From contig JBEQUD010000285.1 in NCBI GenBank assembly GCA_040349235.1, positions 1 to 30,173 on the forward strand: a stretch of DNA of 30,173 bases, read 5' to 3'. The DNA is from Acidobacteriota bacterium. Its GTDB lineage: Bacteria > Acidobacteriota > Vicinamibacteria > Vicinamibacterales > CAVVIG01. Made by a program: the position numbers and the translations under genes. Numbering within the stretch: the stretch's first letter is position 1; every line of letters starts with the position of its first letter. The notes beneath the pieces were generated by a model. That model saw nothing but the letters and a program-made list of their open reading frames with translations. It was not told the origin of the DNA and made no database searches. Below are positions 1-9,318 of the stretch, one piece after another.

Positions 1-1371
1 GCCCATGAACAGCACGGGGATGAACACGGCGGCCAGCGACAGGGTCATCGAGACGATCGTGAACCCGATTTCCCGCGACCCGACGAGCGACGCTTCGAGC
101 GGATCCTCGCCCATCTCGACGTGCCGGTAGATGTTCTCCAGCATGACGATGGCATCGTCTACGACGAAGCCGACCGAGAGGATGAGCGCCATCATCGACA
201 GGTTGTCCAGGCTGTCGTCCAGCATGTACATCACGGTGAACGTGCCGACGATAGAGAAGGGCAGCGCGAGGCTCGGAATGATGGTCGCCCACACGTTCCG
301 CAGGAACACGAAGATGACCATGATGACGAGGCCGAGCGTCAGCAGCATCGTGAACTGGACGTCGCGATAGGATTCGCGAATCGTCTCGGAGCGGTCGTAG
401 AGCACGTCCAGGTGGACGCTGGCCGGCAGTTCGGCCTGGAACTGCGGGATGAGGTTCTTGACGGCGTCCGACACGGCGATGGTGTTCGTCCCGGGCTGGC
501 GCTGGATGCCGAGCGTGATCGCGCGCTGGTCGCTGTCTGCCGTGTAGAACCACGAGCCCGTGTGCGGGTCCTGCGCGCCGTCAACGACGTCGCCGAGCTG
601 GCCGAGGCGTACGGGCGCGCCGTTGCGATACGTGACGACCATGTCGCGGAATTCGTCCGCGTTCATGAGCTGCCCGGTGGCCTGCAGCGTGAAGGCCCGG
701 TGCGGGCCGACGATGTTGCCGGCCGGCACGTTGACGTTCCAGGCGCGCAGGGCGGTTTCGACCTCGTTGATGCCAATCTGGCGCGCGGCGAGCGCGTGGG
801 GGTCGAGCTGCGCGTGGACGGCGTACTTCTGCGCGCCGAGCACCTGCACCTGCGCGACGCCGCTCACCTGGGAGATGCGCTGGGCGATGCGGGTCTCGGC
901 CCACTCGTCGAGCTTCCAGGCCGGCAGCGTCGTGGAGGTGACGACGAGGTACAGGATGGGCTGGTCCGCCGGATTGACCTTCGTGAAGGTCGGCGGCGTC
1001 GGCATCCCCTGGGGCAGCAGCCGGGTTGCCTGTGTGATGGCGCCCTGCACGTCCACCGCGCCGCCGTCCAGGCTGCGGTTCAGTTCGAACTCGAGCGTGA
1101 TCTGGGTCGAGCCCAGCGAGTTGACCGACGTCATCGACTCGAGTCCCGCGATGGTCGAGAACTGGTTCTCGAGCGGGGTTGCAACCGATGCACCCATCGT
1201 TTCCGGGCTGGCGCCGGGCAGGCTGGCCGTGACGAGGAGCGTCGGGAAATCGACGTTCGGCAGGTCGCTGACCGGGAGCGAGCGGTAGGCGACCGCGCCG
1301 AACAGGGCGATGGCGGCCATCAGCAGGCTGGTGGCGATGGGCCGTTTGATGAATCCTTCAGAAATATTCAT
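1..1371 (-). CDS. RND efflux permease (MdtB/MdtC-like), 3' end runs off the window
   Basis: Manual translation from ATG 1371: MNISEGFIKRPIATSLLMAAIALFG...PVSDLPNVDFP...GFVVDDAIVMLENI. Paralogous to 1387-4506. The real frame is absent from the ORF track because it has no stop in the window. Confidence 0.93.
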   Translation of the reverse strand, partial: MNISEGFIKRPIATSLLMAAIALFGAVAYRSLPVSDLPNVDFPTLLVTASLPGASPETMGASVATPLENQFSTIAGLESMTSVNSLGSTQITLEFELNRSLDGGAVDVQGAITQATRLLPQGMPTPPTFTKVNPADQPILYLVVTSTTLPAWKLDEWAETRIAQRISQVSGVAQVQVLGAQKYAVHAQLDPHALAARQIGINEVETALRAWNVNVPAGNIVGPHRAFTLQATGQLMNADEFRDMVVTYRNGAPVRLGQLGDVVDGAQDPHTGSWFYTADSDQRAITLGIQRQPGTNTIAVSDAVKNLIPQFQAELPASVHLDVLYDRSETIRESYRDVQFTMLLTLGLVIMVIFVFLRNVWATIIPSLALPFSIVGTFTVMYMLDDSLDNLSMMALILSVGFVVDDAIVMLENIYRHVEMGEDPLEASLVGSREIGFTIVSMTLSLAAVFIPVLFMG

Positions 1372-1386
1372 AGAGTGACCGCGCCG

Positions 1387-4300
1387 TTAGGCCGTGGCAG
1401 GGACCGTCGTGGTCGCCGTGATCTTGCGTGTCTTCACCAGCTGCGCCATGTAGGTGTAGACGACCGGTGTCAGGTAGAGCGTGATTAACTGGGAGACGAC
1501 GAGCCCGCCGACCACGGCCAGACCGAGCGGCCGCCGGGCTTCGCCGCCAGCGCCGTAGCCGAGGGCAATCGGCAGGGCGCCGAAGAGCGCCGCCGCCGTC
1601 GTCATCATGATAGGCCGGAACCGGATGACGCAGCCCTCGTAGATGGCTTCGCTCGGCGTCTTGTCGTGCTCGCGCTCCTGGTCGAGGGCGAAGTCGATCT
1701 GCATGATGGCGTTCTTCTTCACGATGCCGATGAGCATGACCAGGCCGACGAACGAGTAGATGTTCAGCTCGTTGCCGAAGACGTGCAGGGTGATGAGCGC
1801 GCCGAGCCCGGCCGACGGCAGGCCCGAGAGAATCGTCAGCGGATGGATGTAGCTCTCATACAGCATGCCGAGCACGATGTAGACCACGCCGATGGCCACG
1901 AACAGCAGCAGGCTCAGGTTGTTCAGCGACTGTTGGAACACCTTGGCCGAGCCCTGGAAGCTGGTGGTGATGGTGGGCGGCAGCACCTGTTTGGCCACGG
2001 CGTTGACGTGGTCCACGGCCGCCCCGAGCGACACGCCCGGGCGCAGGCTGAAGGACACGGACACGGCCGGCAGCTGCCCGACGTGGTTGACGCTCTGGGG
2101 GCCGACCGTTTCCTTGAAGCGCACCACGGATTCGAGCGGTACCAGGGCGCCGGACGGCGTCTTGAACCCGAGGCGCGTGAGCGAGTCGGCCTGTTCCTGG
2201 TACTTGGGGTCGAGTTCGAGCAGCACCTTGTACTGGCTGCGCGTGCCGTAGATGGTGGACGACCACCGCGGGCCGAGGCCCGTGCTCAGCGTGTTGGCGA
2301 TGATGTTCGCGTCCAGGCCCACGGCGGCGGCCTTGTCGCGGTCGATGACGAGATCGACGCGCGGGCTCTTGGCCTCGAGATTCGTCGAGACTTCCTGCAC
2401 CTCGGGGAGCGCCGAGACCGCCTGCTCGAGGATGGGCGCCCACTTCGTCAGCTCGTCGTAGTCGAGGCTCTCGATCATCAGGTTGTAGTTGCTGTTGCCC
2501 TGGAAGCCGCCGATCTGGAGGGACTGGGGGATGTTGACGAACGCGCGGAAGCCGGGATAGCGGCCGAGCGGCCCGCGCAGCTGCTGGGCGATCTGCTGCG
2601 CGGAGACGGGGCGTTCGCTCCGCGGCGTCAGCTGGATGTTCATCCGGCCGGTGTTCGACCCACCGAAGCGCGGCGCACCCGTATTGACCATCATCGCTTC
2701 GATGTACGGGTTCTTGTTGACCGCGGTCGCGACCCGCTCCATGTAGTTGACCATCTCGTAGAACGACGTCCCTTGGGCGGCGACGAGATTGACGTTGAGC
2801 GTGTCGTTGTCGGTATCGGGCACGAACCCCTTCGGCACGACGCCGAACATGTGCACCGTGGCCCAGATGACCGCGACGAACAGCACCATCATCGCCAGGC
2901 GATAGCGGAGCACCCAGCGGAGGCTCCACGCGTAGCCGCGCCGCAGGGCGTCGAAGCCGCGGTCCACCATGCCGGCGAAACCCGTGCTGGTGTGCACGAC
3001 ATGGAGGAACCGGCTGCAGAGCATCGGCGTGAGCGTAATCGAGACGACGCCCGAGATGAGGATGGCGGCGGTGATGGTGACGGCGAACTCGCGGAAGAGG
3101 CGCCCCAGGATGCCGGACATGAACAGAATGGGGATGAACACCGCGGCGAGCGATGTCGTCATCGTCAGGATGGTGAAGCCGATTTCCTTCGAGCCCCGGA
3201 GCGACGCCGTCAGGGCGTCCTCGCCCATCTCCATGTGCCGGACGATGTTCTCCAGCATCACGATGGCGTCGTCCACCACGAAGCCGACCGACAGGATGAG
3301 CGCCATCATGGACAGATTGTCCAGGCTGTAGTTCATCAGCTGCATGACGGCAAACGTGCCGAGGATGGAGAAGGGCAGGGCGAGCGCGGGGATGAGTGTC
3401 GCCGACCCATTGTGGAGGAACAGGTAGATGACCCCCACCACGAGCACCAGCGTGATGAGCATCGTGAACTGGATGTCGCCGAATGCCTGCCGAATCGTCT
3501 TCGACCGGTCCTGCCGGACGCTCATGTGGACCGACGGCGGCAGCTGCGCCTCGAGGCCCGGGATGACGGCGCGGACGCGGTCCGTCACGTCGATCACATT
3601 GGTGCCGGGCTGCTTCTGCACCTGCAGCGTGATGACGCGCTCGGTGTCCGCCTTGGTGTACAGCCAGGCGCGCTGCGTCGTGACCTCGACGCTGTCGAGC
3701 ACGTTGGCGACCTGATCGAGGCGCACCGGCCGGCCGTCGCGATACGCGAGCACGATGGGCCGGAACATCTGCGCGCTGCGCAGCAGGCCGTCCGGGCTCG
3801 TCAGCATGCCGTTGGCGTTGATCGTGAACGTGTTGCCCGAGCCGAAGAGCTGGCCGGTCGGCTGGTTGACGTTCCAGTTCTGGAGCGCCCGGTCCACTTC
3901 GTTCAGGCCGATGCCCTGCGCCTTCAGCTTGTTCGGGTCGAGCTGCACGCGGACGGCGTACTTCTGCGCGCCCTGGACGGTGACCTGCGACACCCCGTCC
4001 ACCATCGAGATGCGCGGCGCGAGGATGTTCTCCGCGTAGTCGTCCACGGCTGACATCTCGAGCGTCTTCGACACGAGGTTCAGCGACAGAATGGGCTGGT
4101 CCGCCGGGTTGGCCTTGCGGAACGACGGCGGCGCCGTCAGGGTGGAGGGCAGCAGCGGCGACGCCGCCGCGATGGCGGTCTGCACATCGACGACGGCGCT
4201 ATCGACGTTACGATCGAGGTCGAACGTCATCGTGATGACGGTGCTGGCCGCACCGCTCGACGACGTCATCTCGTCCACGCCGGCAATGGTGGTGAACTGG

Positions 4301-4506
4301 CGTTCGAGCGGGCTGGCGACCGTGGAGGCCATCGTCACCGGATCGCCGCCGGGCATGGCGGCGATCACGAACACAGAGGGGTAATCGACGGTCGGCAGGT
4401 CCGAGACCGGCAGCGCGCGGTACGCGACGACGCCGAACATCGCGATTGCCGCCATCAGCAGGCTGGTAGCGACGGGGCGTCGAATGAAGACTTCAGAAAA
4501 ATTCAC
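1387..4506 (-). CDS. RND efflux permease (HAE1, MdtB/MdtC-like), 1039 aa
   Basis: RRPVATSLLM N-terminus, TM4 VDDAIV proton-relay motif, GIVKKNAI and RFRPIMMTT motifs, typical length. Confidence 0.96.
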   Translation of the reverse strand: MNFSEVFIRRPVATSLLMAAIAMFGVVAYRALPVSDLPTVDYPSVFVIAAMPGGDPVTMASTVASPLERQFTTIAGVDEMTSSSGAASTVITMTFDLDRNVDSAVVDVQTAIAAASPLLPSTLTAPPSFRKANPADQPILSLNLVSKTLEMSAVDDYAENILAPRISMVDGVSQVTVQGAQKYAVRVQLDPNKLKAQGIGLNEVDRALQNWNVNQPTGQLFGSGNTFTINANGMLTSPDGLLRSAQMFRPIVLAYRDGRPVRLDQVANVLDSVEVTTQRAWLYTKADTERVITLQVQKQPGTNVIDVTDRVRAVIPGLEAQLPPSVHMSVRQDRSKTIRQAFGDIQFTMLITLVLVVGVIYLFLHNGSATLIPALALPFSILGTFAVMQLMNYSLDNLSMMALILSVGFVVDDAIVMLENIVRHMEMGEDALTASLRGSKEIGFTILTMTTSLAAVFIPILFMSGILGRLFREFAVTITAAILISGVVSITLTPMLCSRFLHVVHTSTGFAGMVDRGFDALRRGYAWSLRWVLRYRLAMMVLFVAVIWATVHMFGVVPKGFVPDTDNDTLNVNLVAAQGTSFYEMVNYMERVATAVNKNPYIEAMMVNTGAPRFGGSNTGRMNIQLTPRSERPVSAQQIAQQLRGPLGRYPGFRAFVNIPQSLQIGGFQGNSNYNLMIESLDYDELTKWAPILEQAVSALPEVQEVSTNLEAKSPRVDLVIDRDKAAAVGLDANIIANTLSTGLGPRWSSTIYGTRSQYKVLLELDPKYQEQADSLTRLGFKTPSGALVPLESVVRFKETVGPQSVNHVGQLPAVSVSFSLRPGVSLGAAVDHVNAVAKQVLPPTITTSFQGSAKVFQQSLNNLSLLLFVAIGVVYIVLGMLYESYIHPLTILSGLPSAGLGALITLHVFGNELNIYSFVGLVMLIGIVKKNAIMQIDFALDQEREHDKTPSEAIYEGCVIRFRPIMMTTAAALFGALPIALGYGAGGEARRPLGLAVVGGLVVSQLITLYLTPVVYTYMAQLVKTRKITATTTVPATA

Positions 4507-4560
4507 GCTGGCCTGCCCTCGTAGGGACAGCGCCCGGCCGAAGCCAGACGCCGGCGCTCG

Positions 4561-6021
4561 CTACTGGCCGCGCTGGCCTTGGGCGCCGCCCTGGCCCTGC
4601 CCCTGGCCCCCGCGGCCGCCACGCCCCCCGCGGCCGCCGCCCTGGACGTTGCCATTCGGATCGCTCAGCTGCACGCGCGTGCCGTCCTCGAGGCGCAGCT
4701 GCCCCTCCGTGACGACGAGCTCTCCCGGCTTGACGCCCTTCTCGATCACGATGTCGTCCCCGACCCGCTGGCCGACGGTCACGGGGCGCTGTTCGACCGT
4801 CATCGCGGGCGGGCCCGCTGCGTCGGCCCCACCCCTCGCATCCCCGGCTGGCGGCGCGCCCGCCGGCGGCGCACTCTGCGCTTGCCCGCGGCCCTGTCCG
4901 CGGCCGCCGCCCTGGTTGACCACGAAGATGAACTGGCCCTCCTGCCCGGTTTGGACCGCCTGCTGCGGGACGATGGTCGCCTGCGGCAGCGTCGTCAGCC
5001 GGAGGCTGACGCGCGCGAATTGGCCGGGCCACAGGCGGTGGTCGGTGTTCGGGAACGTCGCCTTCAGACGGATGGTGTCCGTCGTCTGATCGACGAGGTT
5101 GTCGATGAAGGTGAGCTCGCCCTCGGCGGGCTGCGCGTCGGCGTCCTGGGGTGTCGCGACCACGGACAGCTTGTCGCGACCACTGCTGTGTGCCTTGATC
5201 GTCGGCAGGTGGGTCGCTGGCACGGCAAAGGTGACGAAGACCGGCTGGATCTGGGCGATCGTCATAATCTGCGACGTGTTCGCGGTGACAAGATTGCCCG
5301 CCTTCACGGTGACGTCGCCCATCCGCCCGTCGATGGGCGACCGGAGCACGCAGTAGCTGAGCTGTACCTTCGCGGTGTCCACCGCGGCCTGCTGGGCGGT
5401 GAGCTGCGCGCGTGCGCTTTCCACAGAGGCCTTGTCGGCTTTCACGGTCGCGGCCGTGGCGTCGGCCTGCGAGCGCGCCTGCTGGCCGATATCCTTCGAG
5501 ACGATGCCCCGGGCGACCAGTTGCGTCTGACGCTCGGCCGACAGCTGCTGGTACTCCGCGCTCGCCGCGTCGCGAGCCAGTGCGGCTTCGGCTTGGGCGA
5601 GGAGCGCCTGGTCCCGGACGTAGTTCGCGTTGGCTTGCTCGAGGGCGGCCTGGAAGGGGCGTGCGTCGAGGCGGAAGAGCAGATCGCCCTTCTTCACCAT
5701 GTCCCCCTCGTGGATCGCCACCTGGTCCAGGATGCCGGTGACCTGGGACCGGACCGCGATGGTCGTATAGGCCTCGACGTTGCCGACGGCGCTGATGTCC
5801 ACCGGGACGTCCTTCTGGGTGACCCGGGCCGTCACGACCGGCTGCGTCCCGCCCCGGGCGCCCCGCCCCCCCCGACGGCCCCCACCCCCGCCACCTGGTG
5901 CCCCGTCAGCGCCCGCGCCGCCCCCGCACCCGGCGGCAAGAATGGCGACAGACAGCGCGGCCATCCCGGCGCACACACGACGAACCTGTCCAGCAGTTAG
6001 AATTTTGCGCACACGGCTCAT
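4561..6021 (-). CDS. RND membrane fusion protein (MdtA-like), predicted lipoprotein
   Basis: Start taken at ATG 6021 (MSRVRK); lipobox LAAGC; lipoyl-like VRSQVTG...GDMVKKGDLLF; SPIDG and LWPGQF motifs; upstream of two permeases. Confidence 0.92.
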   Translation of the reverse strand: MSRVRKILTAGQVRRVCAGMAALSVAILAAGCGGGAGADGAPGGGGGGRRGGRGARGGTQPVVTARVTQKDVPVDISAVGNVEAYTTIAVRSQVTGILDQVAIHEGDMVKKGDLLFRLDARPFQAALEQANANYVRDQALLAQAEAALARDAASAEYQQLSAERQTQLVARGIVSKDIGQQARSQADATAATVKADKASVESARAQLTAQQAAVDTAKVQLSYCVLRSPIDGRMGDVTVKAGNLVTANTSQIMTIAQIQPVFVTFAVPATHLPTIKAHSSGRDKLSVVATPQDADAQPAEGELTFIDNLVDQTTDTIRLKATFPNTDHRLWPGQFARVSLRLTTLPQATIVPQQAVQTGQEGQFIFVVNQGGGRGQGRGQAQSAPPAGAPPAGDARGGADAAGPPAMTVEQRPVTVGQRVGDDIVIEKGVKPGELVVTEGQLRLEDGTRVQLSDPNGNVQGGGRGGRGGRGGQGQGQGGAQGQRGQ

Positions 6022-6148
6022 TACGAATAGGCTCCACGAATCCAGGGATCTTGGGCTGGGATACTGTACAAGATACGGGTTGTCGGCCCGTACCATTTAC
6101 CCGGCTGCCGGGGAGACAGCAGAAACCACAGGCACTTACGCTTTATCT

Positions 6149-7015
6149 ATGCTTTTTCCCCACGACTGGACGGCCTGGGATCGGGAAGACGGGGCCGCCG
6201 TGGACGCCGCCGCCGTCGCGCAGCTCGAATCGGGCGGTATCCTACTCTTTCCGCAGCTGGCTTTTGAAGTGCGGGCCGCCGAGCGCGACTTCTTCGTCCC
6301 CTCGATGGCGATTGCCAAGAACGTCAGCTTCGACCCGGCCTCGGGACGGGTCGGCGGCGCCCGGGCCACCGGGGACGAGGCCGTGGCGCTTGGTTCGTGG
6401 CTGCGCCGGTTCAGCGACAGCGCAGCAGCCCTGGTGGACGCCGCGCTCCCCGACTATCGCGGGCGGTTGGAGCGCGGCCGCGCGAGCTTCAGGCCCGCGG
6501 AGATCGCCGGCCGCCAGACGTCGTGGCGCCACGATGACACGCGCCTGCATGTGGACAGCTTTCCCGCCACGCCGGTTCAAGGGCGGCGCATCCTGCGGGT
6601 GTTCACCAACGTCAATCCGGAGGGGAGACCGCGCACGTGGCGCGTCGGTGAAGCCTTCGACCGCGTCGCGCTCCGCTTCCATGGTCGGTTTCGCCTACCG
6701 TTTCCGCTGACAGCGGCCGTCCTGCGCGCCGTCCGCATCACGAAGACCCGCCGGTCTCCGTACGACACGCTGATGCTGCAGCTCCACGACTTGATGAAGG
6801 CCGATGGGGCCTACCAGGCGTCGGCGGTGCAGACCGAGGTGTCGTTTTCCGCCGGCTCGACGTGGGTGGCCTTCACGGACGCGGTCAGCCATGCGGCCAC
6901 GTCCGGCCAGTACCAACTCGAGCAGACGTTCCTTCTGCCGGTGGAGGCCATGCTGCAGCCCGAGGCGTCGCCGCTTCGCATTCTGGAACGTCTCACCCGC
7001 CGCCCGCTGGTCTGA
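6149..7015 (+). CDS. kdoO: Kdo hydroxylase family protein (Fe/2-oxoglutarate dioxygenase, KdoO-like)
   Basis: LESGGILLFPQLAF, DDTRLHVDSFP (HxD), RILRVFTNVNP, FTDAVSHAATSGQYQLEQTF. Start at ATG 6149 within the longer tracked ORF. Confidence 0.82.
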   Translation: MLFPHDWTAWDREDGAAVDAAAVAQLESGGILLFPQLAFEVRAAERDFFVPSMAIAKNVSFDPASGRVGGARATGDEAVALGSWLRRFSDSAAALVDAALPDYRGRLERGRASFRPAEIAGRQTSWRHDDTRLHVDSFPATPVQGRRILRVFTNVNPEGRPRTWRVGEAFDRVALRFHGRFRLPFPLTAAVLRAVRITKTRRSPYDTLMLQLHDLMKADGAYQASAVQTEVSFSAGSTWVAFTDAVSHAATSGQYQLEQTFLLPVEAMLQPEASPLRILERLTRRPLV

Positions 7016-7045
7016 ACCCACACGACCGCGGTGCGGGCGTGGCGG

Positions 7046-7468
7046 CTACTGGGCGCGCAGCAGCAGCACCGGAATTCTGACGAGATGGCGGACGCGGTCC
7101 GCTGTCGCGCCGTGCAGCAGATCCAGCAGGAAGCGGTGGCCGTGTGTGGACATGGCGATGAGGTCGGCGTGCTGGGCCTCGGCGGCCTTGACGAGTTCCG
7201 TGGCGGGGTCGCCCATCGCGAGGCGTGTTTCGACGGAGAACCCCTGGCCGACCAGCTCCACCCGCAAGCGTTCCAGGTAGGCCCGGTCGTCCTTCATCTC
7301 TTCGGATTCCCGGAGCTTCAGCTCGTTGAAATGGCGCGCGGCCCATCCGTCCGCGACGTGCACGAGGAGCAGCGTCGCGCCGGTCAGTCGGGCCAGCTGC
7401 GCCACGTGGAGCAGGATGGTCTGGTCCGCCACCGAGTTCTCCACCGCGACCAGGATGCGCTGATACAT
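7046..7468 (-). CDS. Universal stress protein (UspA family), 140 aa
   Basis: MYQRILVAVE, LLLVHV, GDPATELVKAAE...ADLIAMSTHG, IPVLLLR; follows mntH. Confidence 0.92.
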   Translation of the reverse strand: MYQRILVAVENSVADQTILLHVAQLARLTGATLLLVHVADGWAARHFNELKLRESEEMKDDRAYLERLRVELVGQGFSVETRLAMGDPATELVKAAEAQHADLIAMSTHGHRFLLDLLHGATADRVRHLVRIPVLLLRAQ

Positions 7469-7505
7469 AAGGGAACGTGAAACTCGGCCAGAGGTACTCG
7501 ACGAC

Positions 7506-8876
7506 CTACGTGCCCGCCACGGTCTGATACAGCAGCCACACGTTGAGCACCGCGATGATAACCGCGATCGCCCAGGCGAGGGCTTGCAGCCAGCGCGGCG
7601 TGACGAAGGCGCCCATCTTGGCCGGGTCGGACGTGAACGCCACGAGCGGAAACACGGCGAATGGCAGCTGCAGGCTGAGGATGACCTGGCTGAGGATGAT
7701 GAGCGGGCCCGTGCCGCGGTCGCCGTAGATTGCAATCACGATAATCGCGGGCACGATCGCCAGCAGGCGCGTGATGAGCCGCCGCAGCCACGGCCGCAGG
7801 CGCAGGTTGATGAACCCCTCCATCACGATCTGTCCGGCCAGGGTCCCCGTGAGCGTGGCGTTCTGGCCCGAACAGAGCAGCGCGACGGCAAACAGGACGC
7901 TGGCCGCCGTCGTGCCGAGCAGCGGCGACAGCAGCTGGTACGCGTCGCCGATTTCGGCGACGTCCTGGTGGCCCGTGCCGTGGAAGGTCGCGGCGGCCAT
8001 GATGAGGATGGCGGCGTTGATGAAGAGCGCGAACATCAGCGCGAAGGTCGAATCGATGGAGGCGAAGCGAATCGCTTCGCGCCGGCTCTCGAGCGAATCC
8101 GTGTACTTCCGCGTCTGCACGATGGACGAGTGCAGATACAGGTTGTGCGGCATGACCGTGGCGCCCAGGATGCCGATCGCGATGTACAGCATGCTGCCGT
8201 CGCGGAGGATATCCGGGTGCGGGACGAACCCCGCGGCCACCGCACCGACGGCCGGGTGCGCCAGCCAGAGTTCGACCGCAAACGAGCCGGCAATGGCCAG
8301 AATCAGCCCGACGACCAACGCCTCGACGTAGCGGAAGCCGCGGTGCTGGAGGAACAGCACGACGAGGACGTCCAGCGACGTGATCACGACACCCCAGATG
8401 AGCGGCAAGTGAAACAGCAGGTTGAGCGCGATGGCGGAGCCGATGACCTCGGCCAGGTCGCAGGCCGCGATGGCGATTTCGCAGAGCACCCAGAGGAAAA
8501 TAGTCGTCGGCTTCGAGTAGCTGTCGCGGCACGCCTGGGCCAGGTCCCGCCCGCTCGCGATCCCGAGCCGTAGCGCGAGCGCTTGAAGGACGATGGCCAT
8601 GACGTTCGAGATGAGGATGACGCTCAGCAGACGGTAGCCGTATTGGGCGCCCCCCTGCAGGTCGGTGGCCCAGTTGCCCGGATCCATGTAGCCGACGGCG
8701 ACCAGATAGCCCGGCCCCGCAAAGGCGAGCATCTTCCGCCAGAAGCCGGCCCCATGCGGAATGGCGACAGACCCGTGCACCTCGGGCAGACTGACGGCCG
8801 GGCTGGGGGTGCGCCAACCTTTACCAGTCGCACTTTTTATTTCCGGCTCAGCCGTATGAATATTTTGAATACTCAA
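7506..8876 (-). CDS. mntH: Nramp-family divalent metal (Mn2+/H+) transporter
   Basis: [10 protein letters not shown] and [10 protein letters not shown] signatures, about 11 TM segments. Start uncertain: GTG 8906 or TTG 8876 (a TACAAT box lies at 8888-8893). Confidence 0.93.
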   Translation of the reverse strand: MSIQNIHTAEPEIKSATGKGWRTPSPAVSLPEVHGSVAIPHGAGFWRKMLAFAGPGYLVAVGYMDPGNWATDLQGGAQYGYRLLSVILISNVMAIVLQALALRLGIASGRDLAQACRDSYSKPTTIFLWVLCEIAIAACDLAEVIGSAIALNLLFHLPLIWGVVITSLDVLVVLFLQHRGFRYVEALVVGLILAIAGSFAVELWLAHPAVGAVAAGFVPHPDILRDGSMLYIAIGILGATVMPHNLYLHSSIVQTRKYTDSLESRREAIRFASIDSTFALMFALFINAAILIMAAATFHGTGHQDVAEIGDAYQLLSPLLGTTAASVLFAVALLCSGQNATLTGTLAGQIVMEGFINLRLRPWLRRLITRLLAIVPAIIVIAIYGDRGTGPLIILSQVILSLQLPFAVFPLVAFTSDPAKMGAFVTPRWLQALAWAIAVIIAVLNVWLLYQTVAGT

Positions 8877-8934
8877 AGTCTCGTGTAATTGTACCGCCTT
8901 GGCCACACGGAAGCGATACTTTCCTCAGGCGGGG

Positions 8935-8976
8935 AGTTGGTTCCCATTGTGGCCCATTGTGGGTAGTTGGTTCCCA
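8935..8976. repeat. Direct repeats AGTTGGTTCCCA x2 (30 bp apart) with a nested tandem CCCATTGTGG x2
   Basis: AGTTGGTTCCCA at 8935-8946 and 8965-8976; CCCATTGTGG at 8943-8952 and 8953-8962. Confidence 0.85.
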
Positions 8977-9039
8977 GAGCAGCAGGGCAACCAGAGAAAT
9001 AAAGCGAAGAACTTCTAGAACTCTTGGTTCTTTCCACGC

Positions 9040-9055
9040 AGGCACAGCACTTGCC
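9040..9055 (+). promoter_or_regulatory. Candidate sigma54 (-24/-12) promoter
   Basis: aGGCACagcacTTGCc matches TGGCAC-N5-TTGC with exact GG-N10-GC spacing; implied +1 near 9066, just before ATG 9067. Confidence 0.7.
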
Positions 9056-9066
9056 GTCAGGCGAGC

Positions 9067-9318
9067 ATGCCCGACCCCTTCGCCCGGTTCGTATCGGCCC
9101 GCAGTGTGTTCGTCGAAGATGCCGCCGCGCTGCTCGGCGTGTCGCGACGCACGATTTACTACCGGATTCGGGACGGGAAGCTCGCGACGATTCGTACCCG
9201 GGGCGGATCGCAGCGTGTGCTCGTCGAGTCGATCGGCGCGCTGTTGAGGCAGGAACGGCGGGCGAGGCAGGTGCGGGGGAGGACCGACGGCGTCAGAGCC
9301 CTAACCGATGGCGCTTGA
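9067..9318 (+). CDS. Small excisionase/BldC-like (MerR-type, HTH_17) DNA-binding protein, 83 aa
   Basis: VEDAAALLGVSRRTIYYRIRDGKLATIR pattern; 30/45 identical to the N-terminus of the subtilase at 14255-16324. Confidence 0.85.
   Translation: MPDPFARFVSARSVFVEDAAALLGVSRRTIYYRIRDGKLATIRTRGGSQRVLVESIGALLRQERRARQVRGRTDGVRALTDGA

Noticed and set aside
121-4053. Long plus-strand ORFs (455 aa and 795 aa) opposite the RND genes
   Set aside because: Antisense shadows of high-GC coding sequence with no recognisable motifs. The same applies to 4579-6000, 9374-10648, 15029-16060, 22050-23186, 23827-24864 and 25815-27533.
7031-7480. Plus-strand 149-aa ORF
   Set aside because: Lies antisense to the clear UspA gene and has no motifs
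8907-9039. Mn- or Mg-sensing riboswitch upstream of mntH
   Set aside because: No yybP-ykoY or M-box consensus recognisable by eye, and the candidate -10 box leaves almost no leader; an Rfam scan would settle it
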